DNA from: Flavobacteriales bacterium
GTDB lineage: Bacteria > Bacteroidota > Bacteroidia > Flavobacteriales_D > Sanyastnellaceae
Direction of reading: 5' to 3'
Length of the DNA: 64,000 bases
Assembly: GCA_029238785.1 (NCBI GenBank)
Contig: JAQWFN010000007.1
Coordinates: 3,497 to 67,496, forward strand
A program made the position numbers and the translations under genes. This document shows, piece after piece, positions 36,755 to 45,665 of the stretch (its first letter is position 1; each line of letters opens with the position of its first letter). The notes beneath the pieces were generated by a model. That model was not told the DNA's origin, ran no database searches, and worked only from the letters and a program-made list of their open reading frames with translations.

Positions 36755-37973
36755 GCAAGGCCGTATCATCTACATAAGGCATTGTTCCCCTGAAAGCATT
36801 TAGCTCTTTAACGATCAATTGGTTCAATGCTGCTGTTGGTGCAAAGAAGTTTTTTTCAAGCGCTTGCTCCAGTCGTTCTGTGCCATACTCTTCCAGGTCC
36901 TCGTTTTCCAGCTCCGTTAGACCATCGGTATAACAAATCACCACGCTACCGGGCTCTATGGAAACTTCCCCGCTTAAAACACGCGGTATTTCATCCAACA
37001 TTCCTAGCCCCATGCATCCGTTCTTCAGCCATTCTGTTTTTCCTTGGGGGGGCATCAATATTGGTGGGTTGTGTCCGCAATTGATGTACTTCAGCAAACG
37101 GCTCTGTTTGTTGTAAGTAGCAAAAAAGAAGGTAATGAACTTCTCCCCTTGTGTTGATCGAATCACCCGATCGTTCAACTCATGAACAATGTCTTCGAGT
37201 GCCATTTTTTGAAAGCGGAAAATAGCCATGAGGTAAGCTTGGAAATTCGACATCAAAAAAGCAGCGCTTACTCCTTTTCCGGAGACATCTGCCATGCAAA
37301 ACATGACCTCATCTTCGTTGATGGAAATAAAATCATAGTAATCACCCCCAACTTGTTGGTGTGGACGATATATTGCTGAAACATCAAAGTAATCATCGCT
37401 GGGCAATTCATTAGGAACCAACATGGCCTGCATTTCTGCCGCCAATTCAAGTTCCTTTCGAACTCGTTCTTGACGAAGGCTATCTGCAATAAAACGCCTG
37501 TTTTTTATTGCAACAATGATGATATTGGTTAAGGTCTCAATGAAGTTAAGGTGTTTGATAATTGGGCTTACACCTTCTTCCTCTTTGATGTCGCCTACCA
37601 TCACATAAGCAATTACTTTTTCTTCGTGCTTTACTGGTATTGAAACTTCAAAATTCTCCCTTTTCCCCAATGAGTTAATGAGGAACTTCGAAGACTCTAC
37701 TTTGGCCAGATCCTTCTGATTGAAAACGGGAAATTCAGCTTCAATGCCAAACTTCATAACGCACTCCCAATTGGTCTGCTCCTCAAAAAGCACTAACTTC
37801 TCAATACTGAGAGGCGGCTCCATCAAGGTGTTTTTATAGGTACTTAGGAGATCTTGAACGCTTTGATTGCTATTAATGGCCTCTGCAATCGTTTTCAACG
37901 ACATCAGCTTGAAGTCTTTAACTTCCAGTCGCCTTTTTAGACGTTCTTGTGATTTCCCAGTGCTTTTGGCCAT
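36735..37973 (-). CDS. GAF-like sensor plus PP2C/SpoIIE-family protein phosphatase
   Basis: 412 aa. The C-terminal half contains GGDYYDF, MADVSGKGVSAAFLMS and CYTDGLTE motifs, the SpoIIE/RsbU type. Confidence 0.85.
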   Translation of the reverse strand: MAKSTGKSQERLKRRLEVKDFKLMSLKTIAEAINSNQSVQDLLSTYKNTLMEPPLSIEKLVLFEEQTNWECVMKFGIEAEFPVFNQKDLAKVESSKFLINSLGKRENFEVSIPVKHEEKVIAYVMVGDIKEEEGVSPIIKHLNFIETLTNIIIVAIKNRRFIADSLRQERVRKELELAAEMQAMLVPNELPSDDYFDVSAIYRPHQQVGGDYYDFISINEDEVMFCMADVSGKGVSAAFLMSNFQAYLMAIFRFQKMALEDIVHELNDRVIRSTQGEKFITFFFATYNKQSRLLKYINCGHNPPILMPPQGKTEWLKNGCMGLGMLDEIPRVLSGEVSIEPGSVVICYTDGLTELENEDLEEYGTERLEQALEKNFFAPTAALNQLIVKELNAFRGTMPYVDDTALLSCRFH

Positions 37974-37981
37974 GTTGTGTA

Positions 37982-38905
37982 TTAAGTCAGTCGTTCAAGA
38001 ATACTTGGTATTTTTCTAATCAAAGCCAGTTCTCTGAACTTGTGTCTTGCCTCTTCAGCAGGAGAACCAAAGTAGGTTTTACCACCTTCCAATGATTTTG
38101 TGATGCCGCTTTGTCCTAAGACAACCGCTCCTTCACCAATAACAACATCACTTGGCACACCTACTTGTCCCCAAAGGATAACGCTATCTTGAATAGTAAC
38201 ACAGCCTGCTATTCCAACTTGTGCTGCAAAAAGACAGTTTTTGCCAATAACGGTGTCATGTCCAACATGCACCTGATTATCAAGTTTAGAACCTTTACCA
38301 ATCACAGTTGCTCCTGAAACCCCACGATCGATGGTACACATGGCGCCAATTTCTGCATCATCGTGAATTTCAACGCTCCCACAAGTGTGCATTTTATTGT
38401 ACTCTCCGTCGATTTTCTTGTAGTAGAAGGCATCGCCCCCAATAACTGTATTAGGATGTATGGTAACCCGATCGCCAATGGTCACATCATCGCCAATAAC
38501 CACTCCTGGGTAGATTAAACAATCTTCTCCAATTCTTACGCGCTGACCAACACTCACTTTGGGGTGAAGGCGAGTTCCTTGTCCTACCATTACATTAGAC
38601 GAGTTCTCCCAGCCCAAGAAGGGATTGAAGTGTCGTGTAAGCTGGTTGTAATCGTGGAAGGGTTGAGAAGATACGAGCAGTGCTTTTCCTTCTGGGCAAT
38701 CCACCTCTTTGTCGATCAAAATGGTGGTTGCCGCAGAATTAAGGGCTTTCTCATAATACTTCGGGTGATCTACGAATACCAAATCTCCAGTTTCAACTTT
38801 ATGAATTTCGTTGATTCCAGTAATGAGGTGTTTTGGATCGCCAACAGCATTAGCGCCAATCATTTTGGCAATGGCTTCGAGGGTTTGAGGAGTGGTGAGT
38901 TTCAT
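37982..38905 (-). CDS. lpxD: UDP-3-O-acylglucosamine N-acyltransferase
   Basis: 307 aa with an N-terminal LpxD domain followed by left-handed beta-helix hexapeptide repeats. Confidence 0.85.
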   Translation of the reverse strand: MKLTTPQTLEAIAKMIGANAVGDPKHLITGINEIHKVETGDLVFVDHPKYYEKALNSAATTILIDKEVDCPEGKALLVSSQPFHDYNQLTRHFNPFLGWENSSNVMVGQGTRLHPKVSVGQRVRIGEDCLIYPGVVIGDDVTIGDRVTIHPNTVIGGDAFYYKKIDGEYNKMHTCGSVEIHDDAEIGAMCTIDRGVSGATVIGKGSKLDNQVHVGHDTVIGKNCLFAAQVGIAGCVTIQDSVILWGQVGVPSDVVIGEGAVVLGQSGITKSLEGGKTYFGSPAEEARHKFRELALIRKIPSILERLT

Positions 38906-38909
38906 TATA

Positions 38910-39479
38910 TTATTTCTTCACACGCTCTGAGTACGCACCTGTTCTCGTGTCTATCTTCACCCAATCTCCTTGGTTGATAAACAGAGGAACACGAATCTCA
39001 GCACCTGTATCTGTAGTTGCAGGTTTCATGGCGTTTGTTGCCGTATCACCTTTGATCCCAGGCTCCGTGTAGGTAATTTCAACTTCGATGTTATTTGGTA
39101 AATCGCAAGACAATACGGTCTCTTCTTCAGCGTGAAACATGACCTGACAAATAACTCCGTCTTTCAAAAACTGAGGTGCTGAAATCAAATGCTTGTTGAT
39201 GGCAACTTGCTCGTAAGTTTCTGCATTCATGAAATGGTATCCCATATCGTCGTTGTAGAGGTATTGATAATCTCTAGTTTCAATACGAACGGTTTCAATT
39301 TTGATTCCTGCATTGAAGGTGTTATCTACAACTTTTCCGTTTTCGAGGTTTTTCAATTTAGTACGAACAAATGCTGGTCCTTTACCTGGTTTAACGTGAA
39401 GGAATTCTACAATTGTCCATAAACCACCATTGTACTTGATGCATAGTCCATTTCTGATGTCAGAAGTTGTCGTTGCCAT
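38910..39479 (-). CDS. efp: Elongation factor P
   Basis: [11 protein letters not shown]...[18 protein letters not shown]. The ATG at 39479 fits homologues; the track start of 39539 adds 20 non-conserved residues. Confidence 0.95.
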   Translation of the reverse strand: MATTTSDIRNGLCIKYNGGLWTIVEFLHVKPGKGPAFVRTKLKNLENGKVVDNTFNAGIKIETVRIETRDYQYLYNDDMGYHFMNAETYEQVAINKHLISAPQFLKDGVICQVMFHAEEETVLSCDLPNNIEVEITYTEPGIKGDTATNAMKPATTDTGAEIRVPLFINQGDWVKIDTRTGAYSERVKK

Positions 39480-39542
39480 ATCTGTTTTATTAAATCTGCA
39501 ATTATTGAGTTGTAAAGATAATAGAATATCTACGAGCAAGCA

Positions 39543-41666
39543 TTAAAAGCGCACACGCAGCTGTACTTTGACTTCAGAGCGGTGCGGTGCATTAATCTGC
39601 TCCAGCCCTGAACTGATCACTTGCCGATCGTCGTAATACCACCTTGCATAACGCAGCCACAAATCTACACCTCGGGCTACCTTATATTTAGCGGTCAAAT
39701 AAAACCGTGAACCTCGTGAGAAGTAAGCAGGAATACTGAAAGCATAGAGCACGTCATTCTCATAGGCATAAATTCGAGCGTTGTAGCTGTCTGTGTAGAA
39801 CAAGGCGTAACGAACGGAGAAGCTCACCGGGAATTGAATCTTTTTGAAAACGAGGTCTTGATAGAGCAAGAAACCGCGTTCTACTTCTTGACCTTCTTGC
39901 TGAAATAAAACCAGCTCAGCGCGCGACTTCAACTTGATGTTGGGATGCGCCAAGAAACTCGTATTGATTCTAAAATTTTGCTGGGTGATGGGCATTGGGA
40001 AAGTGATGTCGTTCTCTAAGAAACTTGCATTCCTTGCCTTTACTCTGCTCCGATAGCGCAGGTAAAACTCTTTATTTCTTGATGGTTTGTAATTGAGTTG
40101 TGTTAGAAAATCTCGCCCAGCGCTTGGTGCTTGCGTTTGAAACCTCAACCATTGAAAGCGGAAGAAATCTGCATAAGAGGTGGCCGTCCATTTTCGATTG
40201 ATTTTAAACTGACCTCCAACATAAATTCCCGACTCGTTAGCTGGCCTCGTGCCTTCCACAAAAGTATTCGCCAGTTGGTTTTGAAAGTTGCGCGCGTATG
40301 AACGGTGAATTGCGATCATGGACACCCTTGGGTCGAGAGCTATTAAAGCTCCATTTACCGTTGCCCATGCTCCATTTTTACTTCGTGAAACCTCCCCAAA
40401 AACATTCACATTTTTGATGGTTCTGCTGTAGTTCAATCCAACAACTTGGTTGTTATTATCGTTAAATTCAAACTGATTGTAAAGTTGGAGTTGTCGAGTA
40501 ACGTTGGCATCATACTCCGAAGCAACGGCCGTAAAACCAATTTGTCCACGTCTTGTCTTATAGGTGAAATTACCTCCGAAGTATTGTTCAGTAACAGCAT
40601 CTTTATCTACCAATTCGTTGGGGGTTCTGTGAAAACCGCTGAGCTGAAAAGACGAAATGGTATTGAGCTGCTCAGTAGCGGTGGTATCGACAATATTGGC
40701 ATCGATTTTATTGGCTGAGTAGAAGGCTGTAAACTGAAGTTGTTCGCTTCCAACGGTAACAGCTGCTCCGCGAAGAAAAAGGTTCTCGTCTACAGAAGTG
40801 TATGGCCTAATTCCGATTTCGGTTCTTTTCGCATTCAAGGCATCAGCAGACTTCCCAAAAGCTAATCCCGACCATAAGGTAAGCCCTTGACCAAACTGCA
40901 ATTGATAGTCGCCAACAAGAGCTTTACGAACAAAGGTGTTGTTCTCATAGTAAAGGTGACTTGAATAGAAGTCAAAACCTTGTTTTTGTGTTCCTTGAAA
41001 AAACTCCTCCCCAGGATCTTTCTCTGCCGTGATTCCGAAGCTGATGTTTCGTCCATAAGTAAATCGGTAACGAGCGTATGCCCTATAAGAAGAACCGAGG
41101 TACCTTCTGTTTGGGTTTTCTGCTAGCTCTTCTGGTGAAATTGGAGCGTAACCTTGACGTTCTTCCAGTACATCTTGATAGCGAAGGAACAAATCATGTT
41201 TCCCATCTCGAAAGATATCTTTCAAAGTAACTCTTTCTAGTTCTGACGGCGGTTTTACCGATACAAAAGGAAGTAAGTTTAGAATGGTGTATTGATCCCA
41301 CCGATCCAGTGCTTGAAGTTCCCAAATTTCTTTTAATGATCCGTAGCGTTCAATGTGATTGAAAAGCGATTGAATTTGAAACTCCGTAAGCAGATACAAG
41401 CTTCGGAGCTCGTCAGCAGTTGTACGATTCAGGTTGATTTTTCGATCGTAATAATAATTCAGATCGTCGAAAAGCGTGGTAAAATCTAGCTCATCTCCTT
41501 CTTCTAAGCCTTCGGCAATAATCTCAATGCGTTGTTCAATGATGCGCTGACGTACAATTTCATCTCGGCTTTCTTGAGCTTGCACCACATTCGTCATCAT
41601 CAAGCTAAAAACAGCAAGAAGAACTGTGCGCACTACGGTCCTATTTTGAGATGAACTATTGCGCAT
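39543..41666 (-). CDS. Helix-hairpin-helix (ComEA-like) domain protein with a large C-terminal beta-barrel-like region, probably outer membrane
   Basis: 707 aa with a signal peptide ending in VQAQE and an HhH region (TTADELRSLYLLTEFQIQSLFNHIERYGSLKEIWELQAL). It is followed by about 550 aa of alternating aromatic/Gly strands ending in ...VKVQLRVRF, an OMP-type C-terminal Phe. Confidence 0.7.
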   Translation of the reverse strand: MRNSSSQNRTVVRTVLLAVFSLMMTNVVQAQESRDEIVRQRIIEQRIEIIAEGLEEGDELDFTTLFDDLNYYYDRKINLNRTTADELRSLYLLTEFQIQSLFNHIERYGSLKEIWELQALDRWDQYTILNLLPFVSVKPPSELERVTLKDIFRDGKHDLFLRYQDVLEERQGYAPISPEELAENPNRRYLGSSYRAYARYRFTYGRNISFGITAEKDPGEEFFQGTQKQGFDFYSSHLYYENNTFVRKALVGDYQLQFGQGLTLWSGLAFGKSADALNAKRTEIGIRPYTSVDENLFLRGAAVTVGSEQLQFTAFYSANKIDANIVDTTATEQLNTISSFQLSGFHRTPNELVDKDAVTEQYFGGNFTYKTRRGQIGFTAVASEYDANVTRQLQLYNQFEFNDNNNQVVGLNYSRTIKNVNVFGEVSRSKNGAWATVNGALIALDPRVSMIAIHRSYARNFQNQLANTFVEGTRPANESGIYVGGQFKINRKWTATSYADFFRFQWLRFQTQAPSAGRDFLTQLNYKPSRNKEFYLRYRSRVKARNASFLENDITFPMPITQQNFRINTSFLAHPNIKLKSRAELVLFQQEGQEVERGFLLYQDLVFKKIQFPVSFSVRYALFYTDSYNARIYAYENDVLYAFSIPAYFSRGSRFYLTAKYKVARGVDLWLRYARWYYDDRQVISSGLEQINAPHRSEVKVQLRVRF

Positions 41667-42468
41667 GGTAAGTAAGCGAAATCATAGGTTGAACCCCAAG
41701 AACCTGTTCATAGCTCGCTGCTACATCAATACTGAGTTGCTTGTAGACATAGCCTAAGCCGAAAGAGAATAAATCTGGACGAGAGCCTGCTCCTACTCGA
41801 ATGTAAAGCGGATCAACCGCATGGTATTCTACTCCGGTGCGCACACCTACTTTTTCATCAAAAACCTGATGAACTTCAGCCAAAAAAAGCACCTTTTTAG
41901 AGATTTCCCAGGCAATTCCTGTTCGAATAACACTAGGAACACTCTCGTTATTGAAATCGGCGAGTCTACTTCTATTTGGATTGAAAATGTGTGCTGCAAT
42001 GGCTACTTCATCGTTCAATTGGTAGCGAAAGCCTCCCTCAACCGTGAAGGTATTTGCGCTTCCATAGGTTCCTCCCAGTTGCACCTGATGATAGGCGAGC
42101 TGCACCCCAACATCGAGATCTTCTCCTAACTTTCTTGCATAGGCCAAACCAATTCTCGATCTCCTGTAATTTTGAAATCCGTAGGTATTAACCGATAGTC
42201 CGAGCACTTGATTTTCTAAAGGTTGAACCAGTGCTAGAGAGAGAACGCTTAATTCCGAAAGACCGAATCTATTTTGAAAAAATGCACCCGCACTAAACTG
42301 CTCTGCACTAGCCAGTCCAGCTTGGTTTTGCATAATAGACCAAGTATCTTGGAGGGCGATGCCAGCGCCATTAACAGCTTCAAACCTGCCCCCACTTGAA
42401 GGGAATGCATCTTGCGCGAAACCAGAGATGCTTGAGAGAAAGAGAACAGCAAAGACAATAAAACGCAT
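41656..42468 (-). CDS. Small outer-membrane beta-barrel, PorV/PorQ-superfamily-like
   Basis: 270 aa with a signal peptide ending in GFAQD. The motif AVNGAGIALQDTWSIMQNQAGLA parallels the PorV motif GALGDAGVALSPDAASIHWNAAKMA found in this same window. It overlaps the downstream HhH gene by 11 nt. Confidence 0.5.
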   Translation of the reverse strand: MRFIVFAVLFLSSISGFAQDAFPSSGGRFEAVNGAGIALQDTWSIMQNQAGLASAEQFSAGAFFQNRFGLSELSVLSLALVQPLENQVLGLSVNTYGFQNYRRSRIGLAYARKLGEDLDVGVQLAYHQVQLGGTYGSANTFTVEGGFRYQLNDEVAIAAHIFNPNRSRLADFNNESVPSVIRTGIAWEISKKVLFLAEVHQVFDEKVGVRTGVEYHAVDPLYIRVGAGSRPDLFSFGLGYVYKQLSIDVAASYEQVLGVQPMISLTYHAQ

Positions 42469-42595
42469 TACGCCTGTATTTTTGAGTTGCTGAAATTAGG
42501 AAAATTGCTGTACAGGATGGGCGTATTGTTTGTAAAATTCACGAATGATGTAACCAAAATGAAACTTGTACGACCTTCATATCAAAGCTCACCAC

Positions 42596-43144
42596 ATGAC
42601 TGAATCAAAGAAATCAGCCTTTATGAATCTGTATCAGCCCGTTCACGAGGGCTTCGTAAGGTACTGTAGTGCCAGAACTTACGGAATTATGGAGACCGAG
42701 GATTTGGTTCAAGAAACAGTGGCCATTGCTTTTGAACGATTTGAAGGTTTGCGCGACGAAAAGGCCTTTCTCGCCTACCTGATGCGCACCGCAAACAACC
42801 TCTTTATCTCTCAATTGAGAAGGAAAAAGTTTAGCGGTGTGTATTGCAAAAACGCATTTGAAAAATTAAAGAGCATTGCTCCCTCAGCTGAAGTAGCCAT
42901 GGATGTTCATCATTTGTACAAGGCAATTGAAAAACTCGATAAGAAAAGTCAAGAAGCCATTGTACTGTTTGAAATCTCTGGCTTTAAGATTGATGAGATT
43001 GCTGAAATTCAAAAATGTGGCAGCTCCGCCGTTAAAGGGAGGCTGCATCGTGCCCGAAAGCAATTGAAAAAAGAACTCCTTGAAACTGCAGACATTCAAC
43101 ACCTTCTTTTGAGCTTAAGCCTGCTTTATACTCTTAAAAACTAG
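42596..43144 (+). CDS. ECF-type RNA polymerase sigma-70 family factor
   Basis: Region 2 (EDLVQETVAIAFERF) and region 4 (EAIVLFEISGFKIDEIAEIQKCGSSAVKGRLHRARKQL) are present. The ATG at 42596 is preferred over the TTG at 42566. Confidence 0.85.
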   Translation: MTESKKSAFMNLYQPVHEGFVRYCSARTYGIMETEDLVQETVAIAFERFEGLRDEKAFLAYLMRTANNLFISQLRRKKFSGVYCKNAFEKLKSIAPSAEVAMDVHHLYKAIEKLDKKSQEAIVLFEISGFKIDEIAEIQKCGSSAVKGRLHRARKQLKKELLETADIQHLLLSLSLLYTLKN

Positions 43145-43147
43145 CGT

Positions 43148-43714
43148 ATGGAATCGGAAAAGCACTATTTCGACCAAGTTAAAAAGCTCCCAACAGAGGT
43201 GAGCTTAAGCAGTGTGGAGCAATTTGTTCTTCAAGGACCTCCTGCTCCATCATTTTGGAAAAAACACTTTTTACATCACTTAAACAGCATTATCATGAGC
43301 AGTATCATATTAATTAGCCTCGGTTTATTTTTCTTTCTACCAGAAAGCACTTCTCCACATCAAGCAAAAGCTTTGATCAAGAGCGAACAAAATCTGGATA
43401 TGATAGAAGTTATTACGCAAATAGACCAACAATCACGAGCGGAGTTCTTTGAGTATGAAACCCCAAACATTAAAACTTCTCTCGCTAAACCAGCCCACCA
43501 AGTAGCCGCTTTGATGTCACTACCTATTGCTCAAAACGGGCCAAGGGTTAAATCTACCATGAACTTGTCTCGCCAAGATAGTGCTGATACAACAGCAGCT
43601 ACACAAGCTCAAGAAAAGGAAAGCGCACACTCAAGTACTGGCGAATATCAATCCTTCGATCTTAAATTATTTGGGGACGAACCCACTTCGAGCTGGAACC
43701 CAAAAGTGTTATAG
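43148..43714 (+). CDS. Anti-sigma-like single-pass membrane protein (hypothetical)
   Basis: It starts 3 nt after the sigma factor stop. One TM helix (IIMSSIILISLGLFFFL) sits at about aa 48-64. It ends at a TAG that is in frame with the next ORF. Confidence 0.5.
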   Translation: MESEKHYFDQVKKLPTEVSLSSVEQFVLQGPPAPSFWKKHFLHHLNSIIMSSIILISLGLFFFLPESTSPHQAKALIKSEQNLDMIEVITQIDQQSRAEFFEYETPNIKTSLAKPAHQVAALMSLPIAQNGPRVKSTMNLSRQDSADTTAATQAQEKESAHSSTGEYQSFDLKLFGDEPTSSWNPKVL

Positions 43715-43741
43715 GCCAAAGAAAACGGACTGTTTGTTCAG

Positions 43742-44002
43742 GTGTGTAAAATCAAAAGAAATAAAGCCGGCAGCATCAAGAAGATTGAATTCTATCTGAA
43801 GGCCAAATCTCCCGATGGCAAGGACTATTATAAGTCTTTTGTGACCGTGGAGTCAAACTACTTCCAAAGTTTAGAAGTGAAATGGGACTACAATGAGCGC
43901 CTTGGCGTTGCCCAAATGGCTTACAAAATCAACGATGGTGATTGGACTGAAGTAGAAGACGTTTACAATTCATGTTCTAAAATTAAGATCAGCTCAAAAT
44001 AA
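43742..44002 (+). CDS. Hypothetical 86-aa beta-rich ORF, possibly the detached C-terminal domain of the preceding gene
   Basis: It is in the same reading frame as 43148-43714. The only stop between the two is the TAG at 43712-43714. It begins with GTG. Confidence 0.35.
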   Translation: MCKIKRNKAGSIKKIEFYLKAKSPDGKDYYKSFVTVESNYFQSLEVKWDYNERLGVAQMAYKINDGDWTEVEDVYNSCSKIKISSK

Positions 44003-44016
44003 TCTCACTGAGATAT

Positions 44017-44045
44017 TTGCTTCTTAAAAAAAAGATATACCTTTG
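44017..44045 (+). promoter_or_regulatory. Candidate Bacteroidota-type promoter (-33 TTG, -7 TAnnTTTG) for tRNA-Leu/tig
   Basis: TTG at 44017-44019 and TACCTTTG at 44038-44045, with an 18-nt spacer. The motif ends 23 nt before the tRNA 5' end. Confidence 0.35.
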
Positions 44046-44068
44046 CACTCCTTTTATTAAAGTGCACT

Positions 44069-44150
44069 GCGGATGTGGTGAAATTGGTAGACACGCTAGA
44101 CTTAGGATCTAGTGCTTCACGGCTTGTGGGTTCGAGTCCCTCCATCCGCA
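44069..44150 (+). tRNA. tRNA-Leu (anticodon TAG)
   Basis: Acceptor stem GCGGATG pairs with CATCCGC, with discriminator A. The anticodon stem is CTAGA/TCTAG with loop CTTAGGA. There is a long variable arm, a T-arm GGGTTCGAGTCCC, and a T8 run follows. Confidence 0.93.
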
Positions 44151-44204
44151 CTTTTTTTTCAAGATTCAAACGGCGCTCGCCGAACTACTCTAAGTGAAAG
44201 ACTT

Positions 44205-45560
44205 ATGGAAATTTCTCAGCAGAACATTGACGATTTAAACGCAGTGCTGACACTCAAGTTGTCTAAAGAAGACTACTTCGACAAATACGAATCGGCACTG
44301 AAGAAGTACCGCAAACAAGTGAACATGCCTGGTTTTAGAGCAGGTCATGTGCCCCTCGGCTTGGTGAAAAAGCAGTACGGGAAATCTATTCTTGCTGAAG
44401 AGATCAACAATGTGATCAATGAATCATTGAACAAGCACATTGTAGACAACAAGCTTAAAATCCTCGGAAATCCACTTCCAAAAGAGAGCGAAATCGTAGA
44501 AGGCGATTGGAACAATCCTGACGATTTTACTTTTGAATACGAAATTGGACTATCTCCTGAAGTAGAAATCGTTCTTCCGAAGAAAGCAATGGAAATGGCT
44601 GTAGTTAAGGTTGACGACAAATTGATCGACCAACAAGTTGAAGACATGGCTCGTCGTTTCGGCAAAATGAGCACACCTGATAGCTCTGGCGACAAGGACA
44701 TGATCATGGCTACCGTTGTTCAATTGGATGAGCAGGATGAAATTCTTGAAGGTGGATTCATGAAAGATGTGACCATCAGTTTAGAATTCCTTGAAGACAA
44801 AAAAACCATCAAAGCTTTGAGTGGTTTGAAATCTGGAATGTCTGTAGTGCTTGATCCGCACAACATTTCTAGAGGACACGACGATTTAGGCCGTATGCTT
44901 GATCTTACCCACGACCAGGTTCATGATTTAAAAGGAAATGTTAAGCTTACGGTGAACGATGTGAAGCGCATGACTCCTGCCGAAATCAATGAAGAGCTTT
45001 TTGCAAAAGTATTTGGTGAAGGCAACGTAAGCACGGAAGAAGAGTTCCGTGGAAAAATCAAGGAAGATTTAGAGAAGATGTTCCGCAATGACGCAGAGCG
45101 TTTCTTCAAAAAACAATTGGCAGACAAGATGATTGAAGACCTCAATCCTCCCCTACCAGATGAATTCTTGAAGCGTTGGATTGCAGCTGCAAATGAGAAA
45201 CCATTGACGCAAGAACAAATCGACGAAGAATACCCTTCTTACGCTGAGAGCTTGAAATGGCAGCTGATTCAAAACCGCGTTATCGAACAACACGAGTTGG
45301 ACGTTAAGCCAGAAGAAGTTGTTGAACACGTTAAAGGAATGATCACTCAACAATACGCTCAATACGGCATGCCTTTGGACGACGAGCAGTTGAGTGCTAT
45401 GGCGGCTAACGCTATGACCAACCGTCAAGAAAGCCAACGAGTTGCTGAGATGATCTACGAAAACAAAGTTGTAGACGCCTTGAAAGAAAACACCAAGATC
45501 AAAGAAAAAGCATTGAGCTATGAAGATTTCTTGGAGTTGGTTCAGTCTGCCTCGAAGTAA
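44205..45560 (+). CDS. tig: Trigger factor
   Basis: MEISQQNIDDLNAVLTLKL...PGFRAGHVP. The track start of 44112 lies inside the tRNA and is rejected. Confidence 0.95.
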   Translation: MEISQQNIDDLNAVLTLKLSKEDYFDKYESALKKYRKQVNMPGFRAGHVPLGLVKKQYGKSILAEEINNVINESLNKHIVDNKLKILGNPLPKESEIVEGDWNNPDDFTFEYEIGLSPEVEIVLPKKAMEMAVVKVDDKLIDQQVEDMARRFGKMSTPDSSGDKDMIMATVVQLDEQDEILEGGFMKDVTISLEFLEDKKTIKALSGLKSGMSVVLDPHNISRGHDDLGRMLDLTHDQVHDLKGNVKLTVNDVKRMTPAEINEELFAKVFGEGNVSTEEEFRGKIKEDLEKMFRNDAERFFKKQLADKMIEDLNPPLPDEFLKRWIAAANEKPLTQEQIDEEYPSYAESLKWQLIQNRVIEQHELDVKPEEVVEHVKGMITQQYAQYGMPLDDEQLSAMAANAMTNRQESQRVAEMIYENKVVDALKENTKIKEKALSYEDFLELVQSASK

Positions 45561-45665
45561 GCACCTTATTCCATCGAGCTTATCAACTTTTAACTTCTAA
45601 CAAATTAACTTTTGAACTAGTTGTTTTGTTAGTACTTTGCTAACTCGAATAAGGACACAGATACT

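Noticed and set aside
44069-44150. tRNA-Leu as a possible integration site for a genomic island.
   Set aside because: There is no integrase, no direct repeat of the tRNA 3' end, and no compositional break visible on either side. The downstream genes are the core tig-clpP-clpX set.
44112-44204. The N-terminal extension of the trigger factor ORF in the track (start at 44112).
   Set aside because: The extension overlaps the 3' half of tRNA-Leu. The conserved trigger factor N-terminus begins at the ATG at 44205.
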